Shown: positions 1 to 8,285, counted from the first letter of the stretch. The stretch is 20,644 nucleotides of DNA from an uncultured archaeon (GCA_964565725.1 CAZMGA010000012.1:1-20644), one strand, 5' to 3'. Notes: generated from the sequence alone by a model not told the origin. Program-made: numbers and translations.

Positions 1-810
1 ATCTAAATCCAAATTTAAATTATCTTTTTTCTTTTCATCTTTTTTATCCTTTTTCTTTTCAATTTCAGAATCTTCTTCTTTTTCTGGATTTGTTTGTAAT
101 TGTTTATATATGTTTTCTGCAGCATCTTCTATTTTTTGTTTTTCTTGAATTTGTTCTTTATAATTATCTTCTGGTCTTCTAATTTCTTTTTTTTCTGTAT
201 TGCTCACTTGTTTAAATATTTCTTCAGACATGTCAATTTCTTTTGGTTTTTCTTTTGAGTCCTGATTTTGAATTTGTTTTAATTGATATATTTTTTTTCT
301 TAATTCTTGTTTTTTTAATTCTTTTATTTCTGCAATGCTTTTTCCATTGTCTCTATAAGTTCTCCATTCTCTTCTAGGAATATCATTTAAATTAATTTGT
401 TTATTATCTTTTGTAATTATTATATTATCATCATTTTTATTTATTATAATAGATTCTAACTCTCTTTTTAAAACACTTATTTCATCAGAGTCTAAAATTT
501 TAGTGTCTAAATTTTCATTTTGAATATGATTTATTTTTAATTCTTCAACATTATGTATTTTCTTTAATTCTTCTAATAATGAATTTACTTCCTCAAAATA
601 ATCTTTTTTAGGAATATCTTTTATTTCCTCTTCTTTTTTTTCTAAAACTTCATTTTTTGTATTATTGTATAATTTATCTATTACTGCTTTAGCAATATCA
701 TTGGAATAACCCTCTGCCATTATTGCAGTTCTAATCTCATTTTGGTTATATGTTTTAGATTTATTTCTTAATATATTTGTTAATTTATCTACTTCTGCAT
801 TAAAATTCAT
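1..810 (-). CDS. Hypothetical Lys/Glu-rich protein, N-terminal 270 codons (C-terminus lies beyond window start)
   Basis: Absent from the ORF track because it runs off the window. I read all 270 in-frame minus-strand triplets and found no stop. The ATG at 810-808 is the first ATG after an in-frame stop at 837-835. It begins MNFNAEVDKLTNILRNKSKTYNQNEIRTAIMAEGYSNDIAKAVIDKLYNN, then becomes highly charged K/E/D low complexity (...EKKKKDKKDEKKKDNLNLDL at the window edge). No family recognised. Confidence 0.55.
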   Translation of the reverse strand, partial: MNFNAEVDKLTNILRNKSKTYNQNEIRTAIMAEGYSNDIAKAVIDKLYNNTKNEVLEKKEEEIKDIPKKDYFEEVNSLLEELKKIHNVEELKINHIQNENLDTKILDSDEISVLKRELESIIINKNDDNIIITKDNKQINLNDIPRREWRTYRDNGKSIAEIKELKKQELRKKIYQLKQIQNQDSKEKPKEIDMSEEIFKQVSNTEKKEIRRPEDNYKEQIQEKQKIEDAAENIYKQLQTNPEKEEDSEIEKKKDKKDEKKKDNLNLDLD

Positions 811-865
811 AAAAATCAATAAAAATAAAGCAAATTATTTTAAATATGTTGTGTTTTATTATTTG

Positions 866-1360
866 ATGATCAATATTGTAAATATCTTATTAAGTATATT
901 ATATACTTTAAAATCTCTTATAGTTTATAGTCTAATTACTTTTATAGTGTTATTTTTGTTAACATTAGTGGAAAAACCAATATTTAATTTATTTAATAAA
1001 AAAATGTCTTGGAACCTTTCTGCTTTGTTTTCTACATATATTTTATCTTTCGTTATTGTAATTATAGCATATTATTTACCTTATTTTTTAGGTGTACCTA
1101 TGAAGGGTTTAGGCGCCGTTTATAATCCGTGGTTGTTTTATTTAAAATTATTTGGCTTGTTTTTATTATATGCTTTAATTATTGCATTAATTACGCAGGT
1201 TTTTATATTCTTAGGCTCTTATATATATAGTAAATTAAATTATGAGAAAGAATATGTTAAATTAGCTATAACAATATTGATAATAAGTGTAATATTAAAC
1301 ATATTAAATTTAATGTTTCCATGGATATTAGGTGGTTTAATAGTTTTAATATATTTTTAG
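866..1360 (+). CDS. Small polytopic membrane protein (about 5 TM), first gene of the giant-protein cassette
   Basis: The track ORF 851-1360 starts at GTG 851, and the first ATG is at 866. An A/T-rich TATA-like ttttaaatat at 837-846 sits about 25 nt upstream of 866, which fits a leaderless start. The translation is almost entirely hydrophobic helices with no Cys or His. It ends 7 nt before the giant ORF. Confidence 0.5.
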   Translation: MINIVNILLSILYTLKSLIVYSLITFIVLFLLTLVEKPIFNLFNKKMSWNLSALFSTYILSFVIVIIAYYLPYFLGVPMKGLGAVYNPWLFYLKLFGLFLLYALIIALITQVFIFLGSYIYSKLNYEKEYVKLAITILIISVILNILNLMFPWILGGLIVLIYF

Positions 1361-1367
1361 GGGTTAT

Positions 1368-4300
1368 ATGAAAAAAATATTTACATTTGGGTTTTTTTTA
1401 ATTTTAAGTATATTTTTATTAAGTTTTGTAATATCGGTGGGCTTAAATGTAAATGACGAGGAAACTAATTTAGGAGAATGTAGAACTATTACTTTAACTC
1501 CTGAACAAGTACAATCTTTATTTACTAATTATTTTTTAGACGCTGCAAAACCAAAAACATTAAAATCAGGTGCTGCAATAGATTCTAATAATCCCAAAGA
1601 AGATACTAATTGTCATACTATAAATATGGTAGATAGTAAAGGCACTTCTGGTATAGGTTCAGACATTGGTTGTGTTTCGGAATCTTCAAATGTTAGAAGC
1701 GATGATATGAAAATGAATCAATCTTGTGATGGAGATAATGCTACAGGTATGGTTTTAACAGATGATTTAAGATTGGGTAGATGTGAAAACATAAATGTTT
1801 GTAGTGTAGATACAAATCAATTAAGTTATAGAAACTCAATTAGTGGAATGGAATTAGTTAAGAGAAGTGCATTAGGTTTAATTCCCACTACTAAAGAATT
1901 TACAAGTAATTTTAATTCAACAGCTCAAAACACTTCTCAAACATCTAATAATAATACTCCTAAATTTGCAACTAAAAATGAAGTGAAAACAGCATCAACA
2001 CAAGATACTATTACAATGGAACAATTAGAACAGGCTGGAGTTTTAGATCAAAATATAGAAACAACCCAAAGAAAAGCAGATATGACTAATTTAATTAAAA
2101 ATAATATTAAGGCATCAACTTTTGAAGCACAATTCCAAGATGTGTGTACTGGACAAGATGCATCAGATAGGTGTAAAATATTTATATATTCTTTTTTTGA
2201 TAGACATTATAACGCATATTACAGTAGTACTATAGTAATTTCAACTATGGGTCCTGCATTTTTAGGAATATCTAAAAAAATATTAGGGAAAATACCTGCT
2301 TTGAAAAATTTGGGGGGCAAACTAGCTGATGAAGCAAATATTATAAAAGGAAAATTCCATACTAATGTGACAAACAAATTTAAAGATGAAGTAGGAGATT
2401 TAAGAAAAGAATTAGCTAATAGTAGGGTATTTAAAGGCATGAGTGAAAAGGATGTTGCAGCTTTAGAGGAATCATTAATTGCAAATAATGGAGATGATAT
2501 GATTAAAATATTAGATGAAAGATTAGGAAAAAATTTAATTTCATCTGGTACTACTCAACCTCAAAGAACATTTGCAAGATATATTACTCAAAAAAATAGT
2601 TATGCAAAATATTTAAAATCACAAATGGCTGATGGGGAAGAAGCAGCATTTAGAGCTATAGCAAATGCAGATACTTCTGTTTTAGGTGTTAAACCTGTAG
2701 CAAGATTTATAGACAAAAATCCAAAATATGATCAATTTTTATTTAGTCCTTCTGGAAGAATTGATGATGCTGCATCTATTTCTCAAGTATCTAAAGATTT
2801 TTTTAAAAATTTGGGTAGTGGAAAACCAGTTGTGTTGTATAGATCCAAAGATCCTAGATTTTTAGCAGATTTGGCAAGTAATGATTTAGAAGCATTTATT
2901 AGAGCAAATCCTAATAAAAATTTATTAGTAAATATAGATGGACAATTATATCCTTTAACAAAAGGAAATTTAGCACAAATTAAATCCAGTGGATTTTCTG
3001 ATTTCCAAGTTTTAGAAGCTGGAGAAAAAATACAATTAACACCTGCAGAAACAGACGAGGTTTTAAAAGCTTTAAAAAAAGATTTTGTTAAAGATGGGGA
3101 AGATATTGTAAAAAATTTAGATGCAAGAACTGAACAAATGATGGATGCTTTAGTTCAAGGAAATTATTTGGATAATGGTTATGCTAGTGCATTAAATTTT
3201 TTAGTGTATAATTCTTATTTTGGAAGAACCGGATCATATATAAAACAAGGATTAACAGCAGTAGTTGTACCTCCAATATATTGGGGAATAAAATCAAATG
3301 ATAACTCTCCTTTAAAAGCTTATTTTATTGGTGAAAAAGAAATGACTAACGCAAAAATATATTTGGGTACACAACAAATATACAATGATGCTTATATTGA
3401 TTTTTTTGTTAATGCTAATTTGTCTAATGGAGACTTTGTTAAAGATACTATAATAAAAGGGACTTATGCGGTAGGAGATTTTGTATTATTAGATGATTGG
3501 GAAATACAAGATAAATTAAACGCTGTATTGCAAATGTCTGCAAGAGATGATGTTCAAGACGTAGTATATACAAATTCAGTTTCTAATTGTAGTAATTGTT
3601 CTATAGTAAGAAAAATAGTTAATGGTGCAGGACAAATAAATAATTTTTCTAAAAATGATACTGATAATTATATTTTGGAATATCCTAACGCTATTACTGA
3701 TGCAAAAAAAGGAAGAAGTTTAGCATTATATAGTCATCATACAAACATTGCATTTACTGCAAAAGGTAATAATGAAAAAATAAATGATACTATTGATTTA
3801 GAACAAGCAATTTTAAATAAAACTACTTGTGTAGATAAAATTAATGAATCTGTTATTGCTCAAATACCTTTAATTGGAGCTTATTTTAAAGATAATGAAT
3901 CTAGAATAGGATTAGCAACAGGTATTTTGGAAAATGTAGGTTTTTATTTGCCTACTAAGTTTTTATCTTCTTGGGCTGGTTTTTTAGGTGGAGTTGCAAC
4001 TACAGGAATATTAGATACAAGAGTAAGAGAATTATATGAAGGTTGTGTAGATACAGAAGAAGGTTATTATATTAATTATACTCATAAATTTGAAAAAGAA
4101 AAAAATGATAATCCATTATCTGGATTGATTGGTAAAGGTAAAGACGCTATTAAATCAGAAGATGTTTCACAAAATTTAGATAAATTAAATTCAACTATGG
4201 ATGATTTAAAAAATAGTTTATTCAAAGTAATTGAAAATAAAGATAAAGAATTTATGCAAATTTATTTTAAAACAATGGGTAATACTACTTCAAATTATTT

Positions 4301-5669
4301 TTCTGATCAAATATTTTTAACTTGGTTAGGACCAAATTCAACTTGTAGTAAAGTTAATATAGATACTCCTACAAAATTAGAAATGAGTGGTAAAACAATA
4401 ACTGGTGAAGATGTAACTTATAAATTGGATGGAGATACTTTTACAAGAAATGGAAATACAATTTTAAAAAGTCAATTATTACAATTTGCAACAACAAGTA
4501 ATTTATTTGCAGGATTAGAAATTCCTCAAAGTGTTACTTTTTCACCAGCAAATTCTGTTGGCAATTATTTTGAAATGTACTCTAATGGTGATTTTAAAAT
4601 ATTAGATTTTGCAACAAAATATTGTATGTTAAGCGGTATGAAAAAACAAACTGGTAGAGATGCTGAATTTTTAAATTATACTGGTGTATTAAACAAAATT
4701 AATTTAATGGATAAAACAATAACTTTGGGTAATGAATTTACTATTTTGGGTGGAGACACTGTTAGAAATAGTACTAAGAATTCTTTAATTGTTGATAATA
4801 ATAAACATGTAATTAATTCAAAAACAAAAGAAGATTATGGCTTATTCCAAAGTGCTGAATTTGAAAAAGGTATTTTGTATTATAGACAATCTACTGATGA
4901 ATTTGCTATATGGATTAGAATTATTTCAAAAATTTCTGGTAATAATATAGATAAGTTTGTAGCAAGTCCTACAAAAGTAGTAAATCCCGATACTAATTGT
5001 GAAGAACCTGCAATAGATTTATCTATAACTGGTAATCCTAATGATGTTGCGGCTTTAAATAAAGCTAATGAATTTAATGATGCATTAGAACATGCAGGAC
5101 CATATCAATATTTTGAAACTGATGATAAAATAATACAATTTTATTCTAAATTGGTAGAAGGACAATGTAAAGAATATATGAGAGTAATTGATAAAAAAAC
5201 AAATAAGATAATTTCTGATGAAGAAATTACTGGAATTGAAAGAACTGATACAGGCATAAAAGTAAATACTGCTGATGGTAGATCTCATACTTTGGAGTTT
5301 AGTAATGAAAATGGAAAGCCAATATTAAGCTTTGATGGTGTTAAAAGTAATTTGTTGTTTGCCCAAGGTAGAAATGGTTCATTTTATTTTGATCCAAAAA
5401 CTGGAGAATGGTATGTAGGGAATAGTCAAATTTTGCCATTAGATGATGAATTTAGAGAGTTAGGTAGTTTAGAAAGAAATGGTACTACAGAACCAGGAAA
5501 CAATCCTTATTCTTCAGCGAATAATAATTCTTCAGGAAAATCTTCAACAGGTTTTTCAATACCTTTATTTGAAGGTTATGAAAGAATAATATTTGTAGTT
5601 TTAAGTTTATTTTTTGTTTTAACTTTAGTTTATTTTACTCAAAGGAGAGATTTAAATGAAACTAAATGA
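1368..5669 (+). CDS. Giant (1433 aa) secreted/envelope protein with N-terminal signal peptide, Cys-rich head, many N-X-S/T sequons and a C-terminal TM anchor; no recognisable domain
   Basis: SD-like AGGGG at 1359-1363 precedes the ATG at 1368. The N-terminus MKKIFTFGFFLILSIFLLSFVISVG is signal-peptide-like. There are 6 Cys between aa 38 and 145. Sequons are frequent (NFNSTAQNTSQTSNNNT, NCSNCS, NDT, NKT, NES, NYT, NST, NTT, NGT, NNSS). The C-terminus is a Ser/Asn-rich linker, then IIFVVLSLFFVLTLVYF, then TQRRD. Confidence 0.8.
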   Translation: MKKIFTFGFFLILSIFLLSFVISVGLNVNDEETNLGECRTITLTPEQVQSLFTNYFLDAAKPKTLKSGAAIDSNNPKEDTNCHTINMVDSKGTSGIGSDIGCVSESSNVRSDDMKMNQSCDGDNATGMVLTDDLRLGRCENINVCSVDTNQLSYRNSISGMELVKRSALGLIPTTKEFTSNFNSTAQNTSQTSNNNTPKFATKNEVKTASTQDTITMEQLEQAGVLDQNIETTQRKADMTNLIKNNIKASTFEAQFQDVCTGQDASDRCKIFIYSFFDRHYNAYYSSTIVISTMGPAFLGISKKILGKIPALKNLGGKLADEANIIKGKFHTNVTNKFKDEVGDLRKELANSRVFKGMSEKDVAALEESLIANNGDDMIKILDERLGKNLISSGTTQPQRTFARYITQKNSYAKYLKSQMADGEEAAFRAIANADTSVLGVKPVARFIDKNPKYDQFLFSPSGRIDDAASISQVSKDFFKNLGSGKPVVLYRSKDPRFLADLASNDLEAFIRANPNKNLLVNIDGQLYPLTKGNLAQIKSSGFSDFQVLEAGEKIQLTPAETDEVLKALKKDFVKDGEDIVKNLDARTEQMMDALVQGNYLDNGYASALNFLVYNSYFGRTGSYIKQGLTAVVVPPIYWGIKSNDNSPLKAYFIGEKEMTNAKIYLGTQQIYNDAYIDFFVNANLSNGDFVKDTIIKGTYAVGDFVLLDDWEIQDKLNAVLQMSARDDVQDVVYTNSVSNCSNCSIVRKIVNGAGQINNFSKNDTDNYILEYPNAITDAKKGRSLALYSHHTNIAFTAKGNNEKINDTIDLEQAILNKTTCVDKINESVIAQIPLIGAYFKDNESRIGLATGILENVGFYLPTKFLSSWAGFLGGVATTGILDTRVRELYEGCVDTEEGYYINYTHKFEKEKNDNPLSGLIGKGKDAIKSEDVSQNLDKLNSTMDDLKNSLFKVIENKDKEFMQIYFKTMGNTTSNYFSDQIFLTWLGPNSTCSKVNIDTPTKLEMSGKTITGEDVTYKLDGDTFTRNGNTILKSQLLQFATTSNLFAGLEIPQSVTFSPANSVGNYFEMYSNGDFKILDFATKYCMLSGMKKQTGRDAEFLNYTGVLNKINLMDKTITLGNEFTILGGDTVRNSTKNSLIVDNNKHVINSKTKEDYGLFQSAEFEKGILYYRQSTDEFAIWIRIISKISGNNIDKFVASPTKVVNPDTNCEEPAIDLSITGNPNDVAALNKANEFNDALEHAGPYQYFETDDKIIQFYSKLVEGQCKEYMRVIDKKTNKIISDEEITGIERTDTGIKVNTADGRSHTLEFSNENGKPILSFDGVKSNLLFAQGRNGSFYFDPKTGEWYVGNSQILPLDDEFRELGSLERNGTTEPGNNPYSSANNNSSGKSSTGFSIPLFEGYERIIFVVLSLFFVLTLVYFTQRRDLNETK

Positions 5670-6411
5670 ATTGATAAAAAATATATATAATAGAATATTT
5701 TGTAAAGATATTTTTTGGTCTACTTTTTTATTAAATTTAATTTTAGGATTAGTTGTTTTTTTTATTTTTATTTTATTTTTGGGTTTTGATTTTTCTGCTT
5801 ATTTAAATTTATTAAATCCTGATTTTGTTAATGATGTTTATTTGTTAGAATTAATAAAAAAATATTTAATTCATATAATTTGTTTTTTTATTATTTTGCT
5901 TTATCTTCAGTTTGTATTATATGCTTTTATTTTGTTTAAAATATCTAAAAAGAAGTCAAAACATTTTTTTGAAAATTTAGGAAAATCTTTTTATAAGGGT
6001 TTATTATTATTTTTTGGTTTCTTAATATTTAGTTTTATTGCTACTATTATTTTACTATTAACCTTTTTATTTTTAAAAATACCTTATTTTGGATTAGTTT
6101 TATCTATATTATTTTTCTTAATCTTGGTAGTTTTTTTTGGTCCCGGATATTATATATTATTGGGAAAAATTTTCAATGGTTCCTTTTTTGATGCAATTTT
6201 AAGTGCATTAGTTTTGCCTTTTAAAAAGATTGGTTTAACTGGTAAGTTTTGGGTTTTAAATTTTATATTATTATTTGTGTTTATTATTTCATCATTATTA
6301 GAATTTATTCCTTTTGTGGGTTTATTTTTATATTTTATATTTATATTGTTTTTAAACCCTGCAATAATGATTTATACCTTTTCAATTATTTATGATTTTT
6401 CTAAAGAGTAA
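5656..6411 (+). CDS. Polytopic membrane protein (about 6 TM), overlaps the end of the giant ORF
   Basis: The ATG at 5656 overlaps the giant ORF stop (5667-5669) by 14 nt. SD AAGGAGAG at 5642-5649 lies inside the upstream gene. The translation is Phe/Leu/Ile-rich with about six hydrophobic segments. No catalytic motif recognised. Confidence 0.65.
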   Translation: MKLNELIKNIYNRIFCKDIFWSTFLLNLILGLVVFFIFILFLGFDFSAYLNLLNPDFVNDVYLLELIKKYLIHIICFFIILLYLQFVLYAFILFKISKKKSKHFFENLGKSFYKGLLLFFGFLIFSFIATIILLLTFLFLKIPYFGLVLSILFFLILVVFFGPGYYILLGKIFNGSFFDAILSALVLPFKKIGLTGKFWVLNFILLFVFIISSLLEFIPFVGLFLYFIFILFLNPAIMIYTFSIIYDFSKE

Positions 6412-6436
6412 ATAATTTTTGTAAAATTATTAAAAA

Positions 6437-7165
6437 TTAAACAAAAGTCATTTGACTTTTATTTTCTTCTTTAGTTTGTTGTTCCATTTGATTCATTCTT
6501 TCTTTTAAACTAGCTATAATTTTTTTTGCCTCATCTTCTAAAGGATTTGTGTCTATATCTATTTTAAATATAGTTTCTATAGCTTCTAAAATATCTGCAG
6601 CACTATTAAAATTAGTATTTTTACCTGGATTTGCTAATAAAATATAACTTTCTATTTTATCTGCTAGTATGGATATTTGTGCAGTAGGTCCAGAAATTAA
6701 TCCTTTTTCTAAAATTGGAAAATTATGTTGTTTAAATAAATCTTTTTTTGCTATTTTATTATTTGCAAAATAAACTCCTCTTTTTGATTCGCTAGGCATT
6801 GTTCCTACTAATGAAATTATACCTTTAACTTTTTTTTGCATACACCAATCAACTAATGTTTTTGCATAATTATATGTTTGTTTTGCATCAATTGTTTGAT
6901 CTGAAAGTAATACTAATAATTTGTATTTTCTATTTGCATAAATTCTTATAGGGTGTTCTATTATCCCTTTTGTAATTCTTATTATTGGAATTATATTTGG
7001 GCTTTCAACATATGCTATTAAATCCATTTTTTTAATATCTACTAAATATCTAGTAGCTATTGTAGCAATTAAGTCAGGACTTGGTGTGCCTTCAATTAAA
7101 TAATAACCTTTAAAATTTGTTTTAACTAAATCTATTATTTTTGTATTTCTCTCATCATTTTTCAT
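6437..7165 (-). CDS. PAC2-family protein (archaeal PbaA/PbaB-like proteasome assembly chaperone homolog)
   Basis: The layout is family-typical: IEGTPSPDLIATIATRYLVD near the N-terminus, GIISLVGT in the middle, GLISGPTAQISILA, then SAADILEAIETIFKIDIDTNPLEDEAKKI followed by a charged C-terminal tail. At 242 aa the length fits. Confidence 0.65.
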   Translation of the reverse strand: MKNDERNTKIIDLVKTNFKGYYLIEGTPSPDLIATIATRYLVDIKKMDLIAYVESPNIIPIIRITKGIIEHPIRIYANRKYKLLVLLSDQTIDAKQTYNYAKTLVDWCMQKKVKGIISLVGTMPSESKRGVYFANNKIAKKDLFKQHNFPILEKGLISGPTAQISILADKIESYILLANPGKNTNFNSAADILEAIETIFKIDIDTNPLEDEAKKIIASLKERMNQMEQQTKEENKSQMTFV

Positions 7166-7203
7166 ATATTAAAAAAATCAGATTAGTTTATATAGGTTGC
7201 TAT

Positions 7204-7218
7204 TATATATATATAAAA
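7204..7218. promoter_or_regulatory. (TA)6-AAA tract, candidate shared TATA element for divergent PAC2-like and albA genes
   Basis: tatatatatataaaa lies in the 74-nt divergent spacer. It is about 25-30 nt upstream of the albA ATG (7240) and about 40-50 nt from the PAC2 ATG (7165). Archaeal TATA boxes are A/T-rich and sit about 26 nt upstream of the TSS. A GGAGGT at 7228-7233 also sits 6 nt from the albA ATG. Confidence 0.3.
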
Positions 7219-7239
7219 TCGCTCTATGGAGGTAGATTT

Positions 7240-7521
7240 ATGTCTAATGAAGTAAAGGATAGTGTAATTTTAATAGGTAAAAAAAATACAAAAAGCTATG
7301 TTTTGGCTGTAATTACTTTATTAAATCAAGGTGTACAAAAAATTACTCTAAAAGCGAGAGGTAAAGCAATAAGCACAGCAGTAGATGTTGCTGAAATGGT
7401 AAGAAATAAATTTGCAAAAGATTTAAAAGTAGAGGATATTAAGATATCTACTGAAGAATTAAAAAATGAAGATGGTAGCTCTGTAAGAGTATCTGCAATT
7501 GAAATTATTTTAAATAAATAA
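7240..7521 (+). CDS. albA: Alba DNA/RNA-binding chromatin protein
   Basis: MSNEVKDSVILIGKKNTKSYVLAVITLLNQG...ITLKARGKAISTAVDVAEMVRNKF...VSAIEIILNK is a typical 93-aa Alba sequence (the IGKK...Y and KARG.AIS.AVDVAE motifs). The real start is the internal ATG at 7240 with a GGAGGT SD. The track start at 7141 would overlap the divergent PAC2 gene. Confidence 0.9.
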   Translation: MSNEVKDSVILIGKKNTKSYVLAVITLLNQGVQKITLKARGKAISTAVDVAEMVRNKFAKDLKVEDIKISTEELKNEDGSSVRVSAIEIILNK

Positions 7522-7571
7522 TCATAAAAACATCAAATCCAAATTATTTTTTGGGTTTAAGTTAATATTTC

Positions 7572-7602
7572 AAGGTTTTTTAAACCTTCTTTTTTTGTTT
7601 TT
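7572..7602 (+). terminator. Hairpin plus oligo-T downstream of albA
   Basis: AAGGTTT (7572-7578) pairs with AAACCTT (7582-7588) around a 3-nt loop. The run cttttttttgttttt follows directly. Confidence 0.45.
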
Positions 7603-7620
7603 GAACCGCAAACATTTAAA

Positions 7621-7639
7621 GTCATGATGAAGTCATGAT
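7621..7639 (+). promoter_or_regulatory. Tandem GTCATGAT repeat (two TCATGA palindromes 11 bp apart), candidate operator
   Basis: GTCATGAT occurs at 7621-7628 and again at 7632-7639. The repeat lies between a TATA-like ATTTAAAG (7614-7621) and the ATG at 7645 of a winged-helix protein gene. Confidence 0.3.
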
Positions 7640-7644
7640 ATATT

Positions 7645-8157
7645 ATGACTGATAAAATAATTAATCATGATTATTTGCAGAGTGATGGCTTACAATTGGT
7701 GTTGCAACAATTAAGTGAGTCTAACGAAATAGATTTAGTAGAGCAGATTTATGCTTTAAGTGATAGACCAGAAGTTTTAGGTTTATTAATTTATAAACTT
7801 ATGACTGAAAGAAAAAAAACAAATGAGCTTATGGAAGGCATAAATAAAAAATATGATGCTTTACTAGAATATTTGAATGAAACTGCAAATACAAATACAG
7901 TCAAAGCCCCTTTTAACGAGGTTTTAGAGGAAGAAATAAATATAGATAATTTGTTCTTAACAGAACAAGATAAATCTATATTATTTGAAGCAAAAACTAA
8001 CAAATGGATAGATGCAAAATTAATTCAAGATAAATTAAACTATAAAGGATTAAATGCTGCATCTCAAAGATTAAATAAACTTTGTAAAGAAGGTTATTTA
8101 GATAAAAATAGAGTTGGTCAATCTGTGGTTTTTGTTTTAAATAAAAAATATATATAA
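7645..8157 (+). CDS. Putative winged-helix (wHTH) DNA-binding protein with uncharacterised N-terminal domain
   Basis: The C-terminal 65 aa (LTEQDKSILFEAKTNKWIDAKLIQDKLNYKGLNAASQRLNKLCKEGYLDKNRVGQSVVFVLNKK) read as helix-turn-helix plus a beta wing, MarR/TrmB-like. There is no SD, and the TATA-like element sits about 28 nt upstream, so the mRNA is probably leaderless. Confidence 0.5.
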   Translation: MTDKIINHDYLQSDGLQLVLQQLSESNEIDLVEQIYALSDRPEVLGLLIYKLMTERKKTNELMEGINKKYDALLEYLNETANTNTVKAPFNEVLEEEINIDNLFLTEQDKSILFEAKTNKWIDAKLIQDKLNYKGLNAASQRLNKLCKEGYLDKNRVGQSVVFVLNKKYI

Positions 8158-8189
8158 TATTTAGCAACCTTTTACACAATGTCAAAAAG

Positions 8190-8235
8190 AATCAGAGACT
8201 AATTCTCTGATTTCTTTTGCTAATACTTTTTTTTT
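8190..8235 (+). terminator. 9-bp perfect hairpin plus T-run downstream of the wHTH gene
   Basis: AATCAGAGA (8190-8198) pairs with TCTCTGATT (8204-8212) around the loop ctaat. This is followed by tcttttgctaatacttttttttt. Confidence 0.5.
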
Positions 8236-8285
8236 AAAATTATTAATTAATTATTATGAATTATTTTTTTTAAAAAATTAGAAAA

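Noticed and set aside
2219-2440. Antisense ORFs inside well-supported genes (2219-2440, 5085-5288, 7791-8003, 13717-13917, 16378-16581, 17389-17616, 20164-20379, all minus strand)
   Set aside because: Each lies fully within a longer ORF on the opposite strand that has clear motifs or structure. Their translations are low-complexity F/L/I/S/K strings typical of antisense frames in AT-rich DNA, and none has an SD.
1368-5669. Internal tandem repeats or recognisable adhesin domains (Ig-like, cadherin, PKD, beta-helix) in the giant protein
   Set aside because: I found no periodic sequence repeat or signature motif on reading the translation. I therefore make no domain claim, although structural repeats invisible at the sequence level remain possible.
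7141-7239. N-terminal extension of the Alba ORF (track start 7141)
   Set aside because: It would overlap the start of the divergent PAC2 gene and add a non-Alba leader (MYFSHHFSYIKK...). The internal ATG at 7240 has a GGAGGT SD and gives a canonical 93-aa Alba.
7622-7652. C/D-box sRNA-like signals (AUGAUGA at 7624-7630, CUGA at 7649-7652)
   Set aside because: The boxes are only about 19 nt apart. There is no room for D'/C' boxes or guide segments, there is no terminal stem, and the D-like box lies inside the downstream CDS.
7997-8185. 62-aa minus-strand ORF spanning the end of the wHTH gene
   Set aside because: It is mostly antisense to the wHTH CDS, has no SD, and its sequence is low-complexity. 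The adjacent hairpin at 8190-8212 is better explained as the wHTH gene terminator.
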